DNA of 62,900 nucleotides, the filler included, from Octopus bimaculoides (lineage: Eukaryota): NCBI RefSeq assembly GCF_001194135.2. It is 4 parts of 4 records of this genome, joined end to end, with 100 filler letters (N's around TTAATTAATTAA, not from the genome) between each part and the next. Parts side by side here need not be neighbours in the genome. Positions count along the whole stretch, not along the records: positions 31,703 to 58,793 come from NC_068997.1; 3 more parts are not named here. One strand, given 5' to 3'. Within the stretch, counting starts at the first letter, position 1; the number at the start of each line of letters is the position of its first letter. Position numbers and translations under genes: made by a program. Positions 39,613-51,649 of the stretch are shown here, piece after piece. Below the pieces are notes generated by a model, which was given only the letters and a program-made list of their open reading frames with translations, was not told where the DNA came from and made no database searches.

Positions 39613-41050
39613 AATCGGAAGGGGGTAAGGGCATGTCGTGTGCTTGTGTGTTTGTTTGTTGATGGTTGTTGATTATCTGCTTGTGGTGTATGTGATGTGC
39701 GAGAAAGGGAATTAGTTTTTGTATTGTCTTTTGCTTTTACAGTTTCCTTAGTTCTTGTAGTTGTTGTTTGTGTTTTTTCGGGTACATTTGTTGGTGTAGG
39801 CGGGTTTGGTTTGTGGGATTCTTCTGTCTTGCTCCTTTTGCTCGTTCTTTGTGTGGGTAGTAGAGGTCCTTTTTTGGCTGTTTTTTCTTCTTGTTGTTTT
39901 TTGTTATCTGTTGCTGTTGGGCAATCTTTTTTGAGGTGCCCTTCGATGCCACACAGGTAGCATCGAGGCCTTCTACCTTCTACCACAACGTAGAGGGTGT
40001 GGCCGTCTGGCAGCTCAATTTGAGTTGGAATTTCTTTTGATTCTTCCTGTGTAATCTGTAATAGGACATCGAATTTTTTTCCATTCCAGTCTTCCTGCTT
40101 TAATGCAGTAGTTTCCTTCCATGTGATAACAAATAGCTGATAACAGCCATTGTGGTTCCACTTCTGGAGGGACNNNNNNNNNNNNNNNNNNNNNNNNNNN
40201 NNNNNNNNNNNNNNNNNNNNNNNNNNNNNNNNNNNNNNNNNNNNNNNNNNNNNNNNNNNNNNNNNNNNNNNNNNNNNNNNNNNNNNNNNNNNNNNNNNNN
40301 NNNNNNNNNNNNNNNNNNNNNNNNNNNNNNNNNNNNNNNNNNNNNNNNNNNNNNNNNNNNNNNNNNNNNNNNNNNNNNNNNNNNNNNNNNNNNNNNNNNN
40401 NNNNNNNNNNNNNNNNNNNNNNNNNNNNNNNNNNNNNNNNNNNNNNNNNNNNNNNNNNNNNNNNNNNNNNNNNNNNNNNNNNNNNNNNNNNNNNNNNNNN
40501 NNNNNNNNNNNNNNNNNNNNNNNNNNNNNNNNNNNNNNNNNNNNNNNNNNNNNNNNNNNNNNNNNNNNNNNNNNNNNNNNNNNNNNNNNNNNNNNNNNNN
40601 NNNNNNNNNNNNNNNNNNNNNNNNNNNNNNNNNNNNNNNNNNNNNNNNNNNNNNNNNNNNNNNNNNNNNNNNNNNNNNNNNNNNNNNNNNNNNNNNNNNN
40701 NNNNNNNNNNNNNNNNNNNNNNNNNNNNNNNNNNNNNNNNNNNNNNNNNNNNNNNNNNNNNNNNNNNNNNNNNNNNNNNNNNNNNNNNNNNNNNNNNNNN
40801 NNNNNNNNNNNNNNNNNNNNNNNNNNNNNNNNNNNNNNNNNNNNNNNNNNNNNNNNNNNNNNNNNNNNNNNNNNNNNNNNNNNNNNNNNNNNNNTATGTG
40901 TGGTTGCTGTTTTGATGACGTTCTTAGAAATTTCTTTTTGTGTGCGCGTGCAGTTTTCATTCTTTTTCTTATCTAGCGTTCCAAGGCTAGGGAAGTGATG
41001 TTCGAAGAACGGACTGGAACAGCGTTCCAAAACAATGTTTCTCGACATTT
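39613..41050 (-). mobile_element. LINE ORF1-like (gag-like) zinc-knuckle fragment interrupted by a gap
   Basis: IELPDGHTLYVVVEGRRPRCYLCGIEGHLKKDCP (CCHC knuckle) followed by a K/T/Q-rich low-complexity tail. Confidence 0.7.
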
Positions 41051-41234
41051 TCCCAAATGCCGAGAAAAATTTATGCCCCTAGGGGCCAATTCCTCCCTTC
41101 GAAAAAATACACAAATGAAGCTTGGGTGCTTCGCACAGATTATATGAAAAACTTTTAAACAAATGTGGGCAATATAAGGTAAAAAAAAAAAAGGTTTACC
41201 TCTGCAGCCGATGTGACAGCACGTCCGTCAGTAG

Positions 41235-41316
<82 letters not shown>

Positions 41317-41364
41317 AGAGAGTGAGAGAGAGAGAGAGATCTGATCAACCACATAATTCAGTCA

Positions 41365-42250
41365 AATCCGAAGTCCCAATTTTTGCGGATAAAACGGATT
41401 TGTACAGACACATGGAATTTCTGGAAACATGCAAATGCTCTTGTACACCATTATGTCAAACTTGGTTACAGTGAATCACGATCAAAGGAAATAGCAAATG
41501 AGATAGCTAAGATTAGCAAAGAAAGTCTAACTTACACGAATAATTTTAGCAAACAACTTTAGTACAATTTGTGACATAATTCTTTTAGCAAATAACTGAC
41601 ACAGAAATTTCGCTGGCATTTCAAAAGTGTTGCATGAAAGTTACCGGCTGTTGCAGAAACATATCCTCGTTTCGAACAGATATTTCCTCAGCCGCCTATT
41701 GTAGTCTTTAGATGAGATAAGAATATAAGAGAACTATTAACCTCTTCTTCTGACTCAAAGAACACTAACCGTGGAGTATCTGCACGCTGTTACTTAAAAA
41801 ACAGCCGCAAGAGAGGTAAAGCTTGTTCATTGTGTAACAACATGTATCAAGTGAATTCCATCAGGAATCATAATAGAAATGTTATGACTTATACATAAGG
41901 TGGGACATGTAGAGATTCCCATTTGGTGTACGCGGCAGAATGCGCAAAACACAACTTGATTTATGTTGGTTGTACAAGAGAACAATTAAACAAAAGATTT
42001 AATGGGCACAGATATGACGTCAGGCACAATAACAGTAGTTCGACAGAACTTGCCGAACATTTTGCTACAAACGGCTGCAATTTTGAAAAAGACTTGAAAG
42101 TGCGTATTCTCAGAAAATATTCTGAATTTGCTACACTTTCAATACTCAAAATGCATGAGAAGAAATATGTTTGCGTGTTATTAACATCGCGCCTTGGAGG
42201 ACTAAAATGACAGAATTCCATCATATTTACACAAAACTGTTTGATTAAAT
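41365..42250 (+). mobile_element. Penelope-like element 3' fragment (thumb/linker plus GIY-YIG)
   Basis: SQFLRIKRICTD...KLGY, EQIFPQPPIVVFR.DKNIRELL, and LVYAAECAKHNLIYVGCTREQLNKRFNGHR. Confidence 0.75.
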
Positions 42251-42690
42251 ATTTTTCTTCTCTATTCTTTTCGTTTTCCTTCTTTTTATTTCTTTTTGTT
42301 TTTACCAGTTGTAAACAGCTTCAGATCGTTCATATAAAACAGATGATTTACTATAATATTGTACATTTTGAATCCATACCTGGTGTTACACAGTTCGTTT
42401 GAGAGTGGGATAAATGGCATGCAAAAAAGTAATGGGTTGAAGGACTCACCTTAAGAGATATCTCGTTTGATGTTGATGTTGTCAGATTGGCTAATCCCAT
42501 TTCTATGGTTTAGAAGGAGACGTGAATTTCACTTCGCCGTGGTACCCTGTGTTAATTTGGAAACTACGGAATTTATTTATGCCACCGTAAGCTGTTTTCC
42601 TCTGCTTCGATACAGTCCTGGCAACTGATCAAAACTCTCCCACCCTTTCGTCTGATCTAGGTATCCATTCTCGTTACTTCTCTTTTTTGC

Positions 42691-42761
<71 letters not shown>

Positions 42762-42892
42762 CTTTACCCAATACTTTTTATTCATCCATTATTTCTCATT
42801 AATCTAAAACAATAAAACTCTTCATAAAATCATCCCACTACCATCACGAAAACCGAACCCAAAACGTTCATTTATCTGTTTTATTCTTTCAG

Positions 42893-43123
42893 GAAGATGC
42901 CCTGTGGATTTCATTTACAACGGGTATCTTCCTAGCAACAATGATTTGGGTGTCACATATGATGTTAATTATACGCAGTGTTTCTACAAATGTGAAGCAG
43001 AATCAACCTGTCAATCGTTTGACTACAACTTTCATTTGAAAGGTTGCTACATGTCATCGAGTAATCATACTAAAGCCGTTTTGCGTTGCATCAAAACTGA
43101 CATTTACACTGAAATAAACGGAA
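42893..43123 (+). CDS. Coding exon, PAN/Apple domain 1 (gene A)
   Basis: TTTTATTCTTTCAG acceptor and A|GTAAGT donor; 231 nt, phase 1-1. Translation RCPVDFIYNGYLPSNNDLGVTYDVNYTQCFYKCEAESTCQSFDYNFHLKGCYMSSSNHTKAVLRCIKTDIYTEING has six Cys with the apple spacing. Confidence 0.85.
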
Positions 43124-43635
43124 GTAAGTGCAAATTCGCTTTATATTTCGTTATACTTTTCTTCTATTTAGACCCTCTTCATCCACGTGCTTCCTCCTGA
43201 TTTTTTTAGTCCATTCCCATGGACTATATATGTGTGTGTGTATGTGTGTGCGCGCGCGTGTATGAGTGCAGGTGTGTGTGTGCGTGCATGTGTGTTGTGT
43301 GTGTGTGTGCGTGAGTGTGCATGTCAACGCGTTTTATTGTGTATGTGTTTGTCGCACAATACCACTTGACAATGGTGTTACTGAGTTTACGTTCACGTAA
43401 CTTAGCGGTTTGGCAAAAAGAACCGAAAAAAGAATTACAGTCTTGGCTGGATTCGTTCGACAAAGATTATTCGACGCGGTTAATGATGTCGAATGATTCG
43501 ACCCCAGCCCTTAATGATGTTATCATTAAAGGCAGGGAACTGTGTATTAGTGTCCCGGCTGGTAACTGAGGAAGAATTAGGGCCCTTCTCTGCCTGTCCT
43601 ATGCGTACGTTTTTTAATATTTAATGCATTTTTTC

Positions 43636-43720
<85 letters not shown>

Positions 43721-43810
43721 NNNNNNNNNNNNNNNNNNNNNNNNNNNNNNNNNNNNNNNNNNNNNNNNNNNNNNNNNNNNNNNNNNNNNNNNNNNNNNNN
43801 NNNNNNNNNN

Positions 43811-43897
<87 letters not shown>

Positions 43898-43898
43898 T

Positions 43899-43945
<47 letters not shown>

Positions 43946-44418
43946 CGTTAATCAAATATATTCAATGAGATTATGATATTCTGAATTTTTCATAATTTCT
44001 CTTGGTAGGAAAATATCTAAAACATTAAAGGTATTTAGACATTTAATAAGAGCGATTATATATTATATTATAAAATAAGAACAGGAAAATTACATCAAAA
44101 AATCATCACAGAAGATATACGTCCAAAATATTATTGTATTAATAGATAAAAATATAAATGTATGATTAAATAAAAAGTTGAAATTTAAAAATATCTTACA
44201 ATAGTTTCATGAATGTATTACACTTAGAAATGAAATCTAAAATTTATAATCATTATTAGGTAATACATCCACTCATCAGAGAGAAAGATGGTGAATTTTC
44301 GTGTAGCCAATCGAATGCTATTTAAAAATATATGAAAAAGATGTTGCTTAAAGATGTTGTTTAAAAGTTACTGGCGTAGGTATGCGTTGGTACAATTATT
44401 ATTTTATAATATAATATG

Positions 44419-44463
<45 letters not shown>

Positions 44464-44545
44464 GAATTTTAATATTAAAGAAGCCATGAATGATATTAAG
44501 TCCACGAGAGAAATAGGAAACTATTTTATTTTCATTCCATTTCAG

Positions 44546-44641
44546 AACTTTGGAATAACCTCAACCAGTCCCTTACACTGGAGAAGATTGACTCTGTTGG
44601 ATGTGATATAAGAATTTTCGACTCTTATTATTTCGTTGACA
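44546..44641 (+). CDS. Linker exon of gene A (absent from the ORF track)
   Basis: TTTTATTTTCATTCCATTTCAG acceptor and A|GTAAGA donor; 96 nt, phase 1-1, open: (K)LWNNLNQSLTLEKIDSVGCDIRIFDSYYFVD. In frame with both neighbouring PAN exons. Confidence 0.65.
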
Positions 44642-44883
44642 GTAAGACTATTTTTTATTGTTTACTTATTGTGTTCTTTGTTTCTGTTCCTTGTTCCTCA
44701 TCGTTAATTAATTGATCTTCTGTCTCCAGTTCTTGCAGTAAGAACTGAAATTAATAGATATCCCTTTCTTTCTCATCGCATGATTATTTCTACTTAGAGT
44801 CTTAATTCTTAGTTAAATAGATTAGCACTAAATTAATAATTAACAGCCTTTCAAAAGGATGTCGTAAAACTAATCCACAAGTA

Positions 44884-46142
44884 CGCGGTGGTATCAAAAA
44901 CTTCCCGGACTAGTTACGTTTTGAAAAATAACTTGTTTACCTAAGTTTTCGCATCACATCCTTCGAAATAGTCACCTTGCGCAACAATACACTAGTCTCA
45001 GCATTCCTGCCACTTTTGGCTTGGAAGTAGTTTTCCTTAAGCGACTCGGAAACCTTCTGCGTTTCAATCTGGATTTTGACAATGGTGTTCAAACGGTGGC
45101 CTTCAAGCTGCCTTTTTTCATCTTGGTGAAGAGATGGAAATCCGCAGGTGCTAAATCTGGTGAATAGGACAGGTGCGGAAGCGTAACCATGTTGTTTTTG
45201 GTGAGAAACTCACGAGTAAGGATGCATTGTCGTCGTGAAGTTCCTCGCGCTTCACAAATCCGGTCGCTTTAGCCGAATGTCCTCTCTAAAACGCTTCAAA
45301 ACACCGAAGTAGAACTCTCGACAGATGATCTGACCCTGGCGGTCGAACTCTAAATGCTCAATACCTCAGATTTTCATTGAGCTGCGGATCTGTCGGATTG
45401 AGTTCAGTCGTGGAGATGAAGGACTTTTCCATTGTGACGATTGTTGCTTCACCTCAGGATCGTACTAGTAGACTCAACTTTCGGTACCGGTGATGCTCTT
45501 CGACATGAAGTATGGGTCATCAACTGCAGGCTGACGGAGATCTTGACAAACTTCGGCGCGATGTTCTTTCTGTTCAGTGGTCAACAGTGGGGAGAACTTG
45601 GCAGAGACACGCCGCATGTTCAATTCAGACATTAAGATTGTCTGCACAAATCCATATGACAGACCAACCACATCAGCAATGTCGTTGATTGTCTACCGAC
45701 GATCTTCATTCACAAGATGATGGATTTTTTTCCACATCTCCAGAAGTGACGCTCGTCGCAGATCTTCCAAATCGCTCATCGTCTTCCAGGGATGTTCTTC
45801 TGCTTTTGAAGAGCCCGTGCCACTCTACATATTGCGTACAACCAATTGCCTCGTTAACGTAAGCATGCAGAAGCATGCTCAATGTCTCTGTAACAGACGT
45901 CCCAAGTTTAATTCACGTTGGCTTTTTGTTCTACGTTCTTGTCCATGACGAAATCGCAGACTACAGCGTACACGTGATGATAAAAACACAAATTTCACAA
46001 CTTGCGATAAGTAAACACAGCGGTGTCACTCAGCACACTGCCTCATAACCATCACTGCTAGCTCTCACTGCACACTTAACCGTGTGCTGCCATCTGTAAA
46101 CACACTATAGAACTAGTCCGGTGATTGTTTGATACCACTTTG
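44884..46142 (-). mobile_element. Full-length but inactivated mariner transposon in an intron of gene A
   Basis: Imperfect ~31-bp TIRs (CGCGGTGGTATCAAAAACTTCCCGGACTAGTT / AACTAGTCCGGTGATTGTTTGATACCACTTTG), TA on both sides, and motifs RRVSAKF.PLLTTEQK, SITGTES (TGDE) and PYSPDLAPADFHLF. Confidence 0.85.
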
Positions 46143-46573
46143 TACATTTAAAATCTGGCAGATGGGTTAATATTAATCCTCGCTGTCATTAAAAATCTCA
46201 ACACGCTTCATTACTAACTTGCTCAGAAATACCCCCAATAAATCTCGCTGGTAATACGAGAACCTCTCTACCTCAAAGATAACCAGCCACTTACCCCTTC
46301 TCCCTCTCCCCTCATACATGCTATTTCAACAGCCAGATCCCTCATCAATTATTATTCCCAGTCCTTCCTTTCTAGATTAGGCAACACTCAGGAATTCACT
46401 CCCTACTCACACTAACCTAAAGATGCTCAAACGGAACATCAATAACATCGATCTATCGAATCAATAGACCACATCTATTCGTTTCCCTTGTACCTTGTCA
46501 ATGAAGAGAAATCATTTCATTTATGTTGCTATATTTCTTGTGTTTTTTCTTTCATATCTTTTCTCTGTTGCAG

Positions 46574-46764
46574 AAAAAGAAATTAATGGCCAGACAGCTT
46601 ATTCAACTTTTTCCTTCAAACAAAATCCACATCACAACCTTGTAACCGAGGCCCAAATGGATGCTCACTCGGTTCTGGATTGTTCACGTTTATGTATGAT
46701 ATCTTCTACATGTATCGCCTTTTCAAATACTAACACTAAGTGCCTACTAAAGAAACTGATCTGA
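46574..46764 (+). CDS. Terminal coding exon, PAN/Apple domain 2 plus stop (gene A)
   Basis: Long pyrimidine tract plus TTGCAG acceptor, phase 1. Translation KEINGQTAYSTFSFKQNPHHNLVTEAQMDAHSVLDCSRLCMISSTCIAFSNTNTKCLLKKLI* has the C-x3-C-x5-C-x2-F-x6-C core. Confidence 0.8.
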
Positions 46765-46879
46765 ACTTTAATGGAATTCACCTGAAAATTATTTACTTTT
46801 CAATGAAATGTGAGCAAGATCTCAACGGATCATGTTCGCATATAATAATTATATGAAATAGAATGTGTGTTTCTTTGTG

Positions 46880-46885
46880 AATAAA
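46880..46885 (+). promoter_or_regulatory. Candidate polyadenylation signal of gene A
   Basis: AATAAA about 115 nt after the TGA, followed by T-rich sequence. Confidence 0.5.
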
Positions 46886-49800
46886 ATCAATTTAATTCAG
46901 ATATTTCTTTTCTTTATTTCTATTGCTAACGTTTTTCGTTTTAAATTACTCTTCTCTTATAAATTCATTCACACATTTGAAGAGTTATAAAATTATTTAA
47001 TTTACCCGATCACCAATAAAGCACTTGGGTATTATTTTATCGACCTTCAAAGAATGAAACTCTAAGTTAACCTGGACAGCATTTGATCTTAAAACATAAC
47101 TGGTCTCAACTAAATACCACAAACAGTTAAATCGAATCTTTAATGATTCTTACCTATCATCTAAATAATATATCAAATAAAACATTTGCGTTTGGTTGAT
47201 TTCTTTTGAGAAGTGAAAGGATTCGCAATGCAAACAAAACAAGAAAATTGCATTAAACCTGCGTCACAGTAGCACCAGACGTGGCATGCAGACCATCATA
47301 TAACTTGATTGATATTTGCATTGCGTTTTTATTCTACTCATCTGTTCTTCGAAGTCAGTGTGCGCATACGTATTGAGAGTTCATTCTTCTTTTTTCTGGT
47401 TCCGACTCCAAACTGTTTACAGATCATAACCATCTCACCAACTGCATTCGTGAGGAGCACTTCACGCTCCGATGGTGTGAAAAAAACTGATGAAGGTAAC
47501 ACCGAAAACTTTTCTGAGGAACATGGTAAACGATTTACGGGAATCAATGTTTGTTCATTCGAACGTAGCAAAGCACCAACAATCTTAGGTAATATTATTG
47601 TTAATTTGAGTTTTAGTTCTGGTCCCTCATTAACTATTTAAGCTGGCTGATCTTTATCAAGGATTACAAAACCAAATTGAAGTTTTGCGTTTCAGCATCT
47701 TCTTTGCATGTAACGTCGGTACAGGTTAAATGGAAGTCCGAAACCAGTAACAGGAAAAACGAAATTTACTCGCAGTTCGTTCACAAATACAGCAGCTTCT
47801 TGAGATCTTTTTTGATTACTGGAGGGTAATACATAGCAGTGAAAAACGAATTTGCAATACTACTCGTTTAGTTTTCATAGGTTAAGTTTTAAATTATTGT
47901 TTTTTTTTTCTTTTTTCATAGTTTAGTGAAGAGGAGAGATGGCGGTGGATATGGCGTTTGCAAGACTTTATGGATATTGGTGAGACCGATATGATTAATG
48001 CTTAGTTTGAAGATTTGTGTGTTGACATCTGTAAAGAAAATGTGATCAGAGATTGAATTTCAGTGGCGACCCAATCCAAGCAGATTTAGTTTTTAAAAAG
48101 CTCTAAGCACAGGCAGATATTTTATATAAATGATCATTTGAGTTTTAATTTAATAAATCAAATTTAAAGTCAACTTCTGAATGTGATTGAAAAGTCAAAT
48201 AAATAAAAAAGTTAGCTGTGAAAATACAAACTACACAAAAGTGATTCTCTTTTCGGTGATTTGTCGGAAAACGAAGGAGGGTGTCTTCAAAATTCAGGCT
48301 TTCATCACATCATCTATTCATAATAATTGGGCATAAATTATCCGGTTTATTGTCTACCACGGAAATCAACAGATACGACTTGATCATCCACAGCTTGAGA
48401 AAGTATTCCTTCACAGCCTGCCGTGTACTTACAGGCAGTGTTACATTTTCTTGAAGCAGTTCGATCAGTTCAATCGAGGAATCCATAGAGCGATTCAAAA
48501 ACTCAAGTAAATCGGTCAATGAGATCAAAATGTGTCACTTCCACCCGATGAGACGCTTTGCACAGTCGAATTCATTCTGACTTCCGGTTGTCCAAATTTA
48601 GCTGAAATGTGTCTGCTATGAATTTGAGAGAATGTTCAGAAAATGGGAATTTAAGGATTAAGATAAGAGAGGCTCATCATTATACTGTCACTTTATGCCG
48701 AAAATCGGTGTTGGAGCTCTAAGTAAATCTGGTTTAACATGACCGTCTCCTGGTGAAAATTGATGAAAGGTCCTCTATTATAATAGAAACATTTGTCTTT
48801 AATTTGCCCTCCCATGACTTAATAACCTCACTGAAATGAGAGAGAATGTCCATAATAAGCTCATAATGAACAGCATAGCACGGTACCTGCTGACTGACCC
48901 ATCGTGTATAGGAGAAGATTTTTTCCTCTACTGGTTGTCTTCGTTTTTCATCCTGTAAGTACTTGTTGTACTGATGCACTCTGAATCGATCCATAAACAG
49001 GTAAAGTTACTGCTGTCTGACGAAAAATTCCCCGATAGCCTTTTCATTTTTGTTAAGGAGTTACCCACAGCTAGATTCAGTTGGTTCAAATACGTGGTGC
49101 AGAACGTCTAAGAGCAGTTCAATTTTTTAAATGACCTTTGTTTCATTCAAACTTAATGTGAAGTTTAAGCCTGAGCCAAGTCTTAAGCTAGTAATTCTTT
49201 GATTACTGATGCCATGGTTTAAAGAAAAATCATTGCGTTTACTGTGATATAAGTATTTTGCATTTCGTGATCCCATTATTGTCCCCTTCTTGACAAGTGA
49301 CCGTGAATAGCATCACGTGTTTCTTTCCAAAATGTTTGATATTTCCTCCATACACAACCGGCTGAGATATAGATTTGGTACATTTTACCCCAATGCATAC
49401 TTCCGTTCGAGAAATCTTATGTGCTGCAAAATCAATATACTCTATTTTCCGGTATGCTGTACATATTGATGTGATTTACAAAGCCCTGGATTCGAACTGC
49501 GACAACTGGAGTCAAACAATGTTTATGAAACTGTTCTGAGTTTTGGTTAAAATGATTTATTGATCTGGTTGTTGTTAATGTTTTCAAGATGTTGACGTTA
49601 AATCTGTTAAATCAAGACTGGGCTATTGATTACTACTCTAATCAATAGCCCTATTGATTACTACCGGTCATATGACCTTCCTTAAATTCCTCTTTTCTCT
49701 CACTCCTTTATATTTTCTTCTTTTCTCTTTGTTTTAATATTTATATCTCTCTACATCCTCCTCTCCTTTTGTGCTCTCTACACATTCTGAGTGAATATTC

Positions 49801-51649
49801 CATGCGTCAACATGTCCCTTCTTGCGACAATGTAACCTTTAATTTAATGAAGATATCCTTGGCCTGAAGACTAGCCTGCGCTATGCAACTCGCCTGGGTA
49901 TTTACCACTTCTGAGGTTCCGCTCGCTATGAAACATATGTAGCCCGGATCTTATTTGCTTCATTCCGTAACTCTTATTCGCACACCCGGCAACCCTGGTC
50001 ACCTACTGTGAAATATAAATGACTGTGGTGTAACTCCTGTTTATGAGGGAGAAACTCCTTGTTATTNNNNNNNNNNNNNNNNNNNNNNNNNNNNNNNNNN
50101 NNNNNNNNNNNNNNNNNNNNNNNNNNNNNNNNNNNNNNNNNNNNNNNNNNNNNNNNNNNNNNNNNNAGTGTTTATATCTATTCAATACATCTTATGAAGG
50201 TACTCCGGATGAAAAGGTATTGACATAACGCTTGAGATGGCATACGAACACTAAATAATACATTTATATATACATATGTATGGTTATGTGTGTCTGTGTG
50301 CGTGCGTGCGTGCATGTGAATGTATGTGTGTTTGTTTGCATGTACTTACTACACTCAAGTTGTGAAAAATACCAATAATTTTGTCAAAACAAAGAAACCA
50401 TTGATACATTTCATATCTAAAGACATTGCCGTTTTTTATTTTTAAAAAAATTCCAATAATTCTTAGATGTGACATTTCCCGCTGTGAGTTGAAACTAAAG
50501 GGTCACAATCATTTATAAAGTATATTGTCACTTGTGTTATTAAAACAATGACAGCTATTTCATCATAGATTATATCGCACTCAATCAACTGTTTTAAGAT
50601 CATCAAAAAATGCGAGCTCCTTCAACATGTAGCAATAACAATCTCAGATGAAATATTTCTTCTTGCTTTGGACTTAGAAATTAAAGTCTTGAAATAATTT
50701 TCTCTTCTCGTCTCTCGCGTAGTTTCCAGTCATCCCTTTGTCACACACATAATGATAAGAAATATCAATATGTAACTGGCGTCTTGTATTCTTATATCAT
50801 TTACTAAGGACAAACCATAATGGTTGAGGCGTGTTACGACGGGCAACTATGTCTCTCTCTAACACTTCTTTCTCCTTACTTTCTCTGAAAAAGACGGATT
50901 CTTGTTGCAAATGCACTGTCAGCCAGTATAATAGCATGGTGTCTGTTATGTATTCTTTTTAATTTAAGCGAGACATCACTCCAGGTACACTCACACGTCT
51001 CCCATGAAAATGACGTTTTACTTCATCATGTACAACTTCCCTGTCCTTCTTCCTTCACTGCAAACAATCTGATCTATTTCCAACGAGTCATCTGCATGTA
51101 ACATTATCAAGATATGACCATATGGCAATTGATTCTTCCGATACTCATCAGTGAGCAAATGAGCAAGCAACTCTATCGAAAACGTGTCTCGTTTTAACGT
51201 CATTCAAAAGTTATTTTAGTTTTAGTTTGAAACACCTTGCTCCCAGATCTGGTCTTTTTGAGAGATTTTCTTCATGAAATAAGTTATCCTTAATTTCTGG
51301 TCACTTTAGATTACATGCTATAAAATGAAAATATCAGGTGAGCTATGTTGACTTACTAAAGCCATTGTCTTGTAATACCGTTTTCGCATGTTTCTTGGAA
51401 ATTCTTGGAATGAAGACGGGAGAATAAGTGCGTGTGTCGAGCCTGAAAACCAGCATAATGCGCACCGTTATTTAAATGAATAGCTAAGCTTCTCTAAAGT
51501 TTCACATTCAATATTTGTTGTTGGTTTCTGAATTTGTAAGCAGAAGTCTACTGCGCAATGCTGGGAGATTTTTTCCTCCTTGAATAATGGGATTGAACTC
51601 CTTATGTTTGACTACTCTGCTGCAACATTGTGATATTTCATCGATTGTG

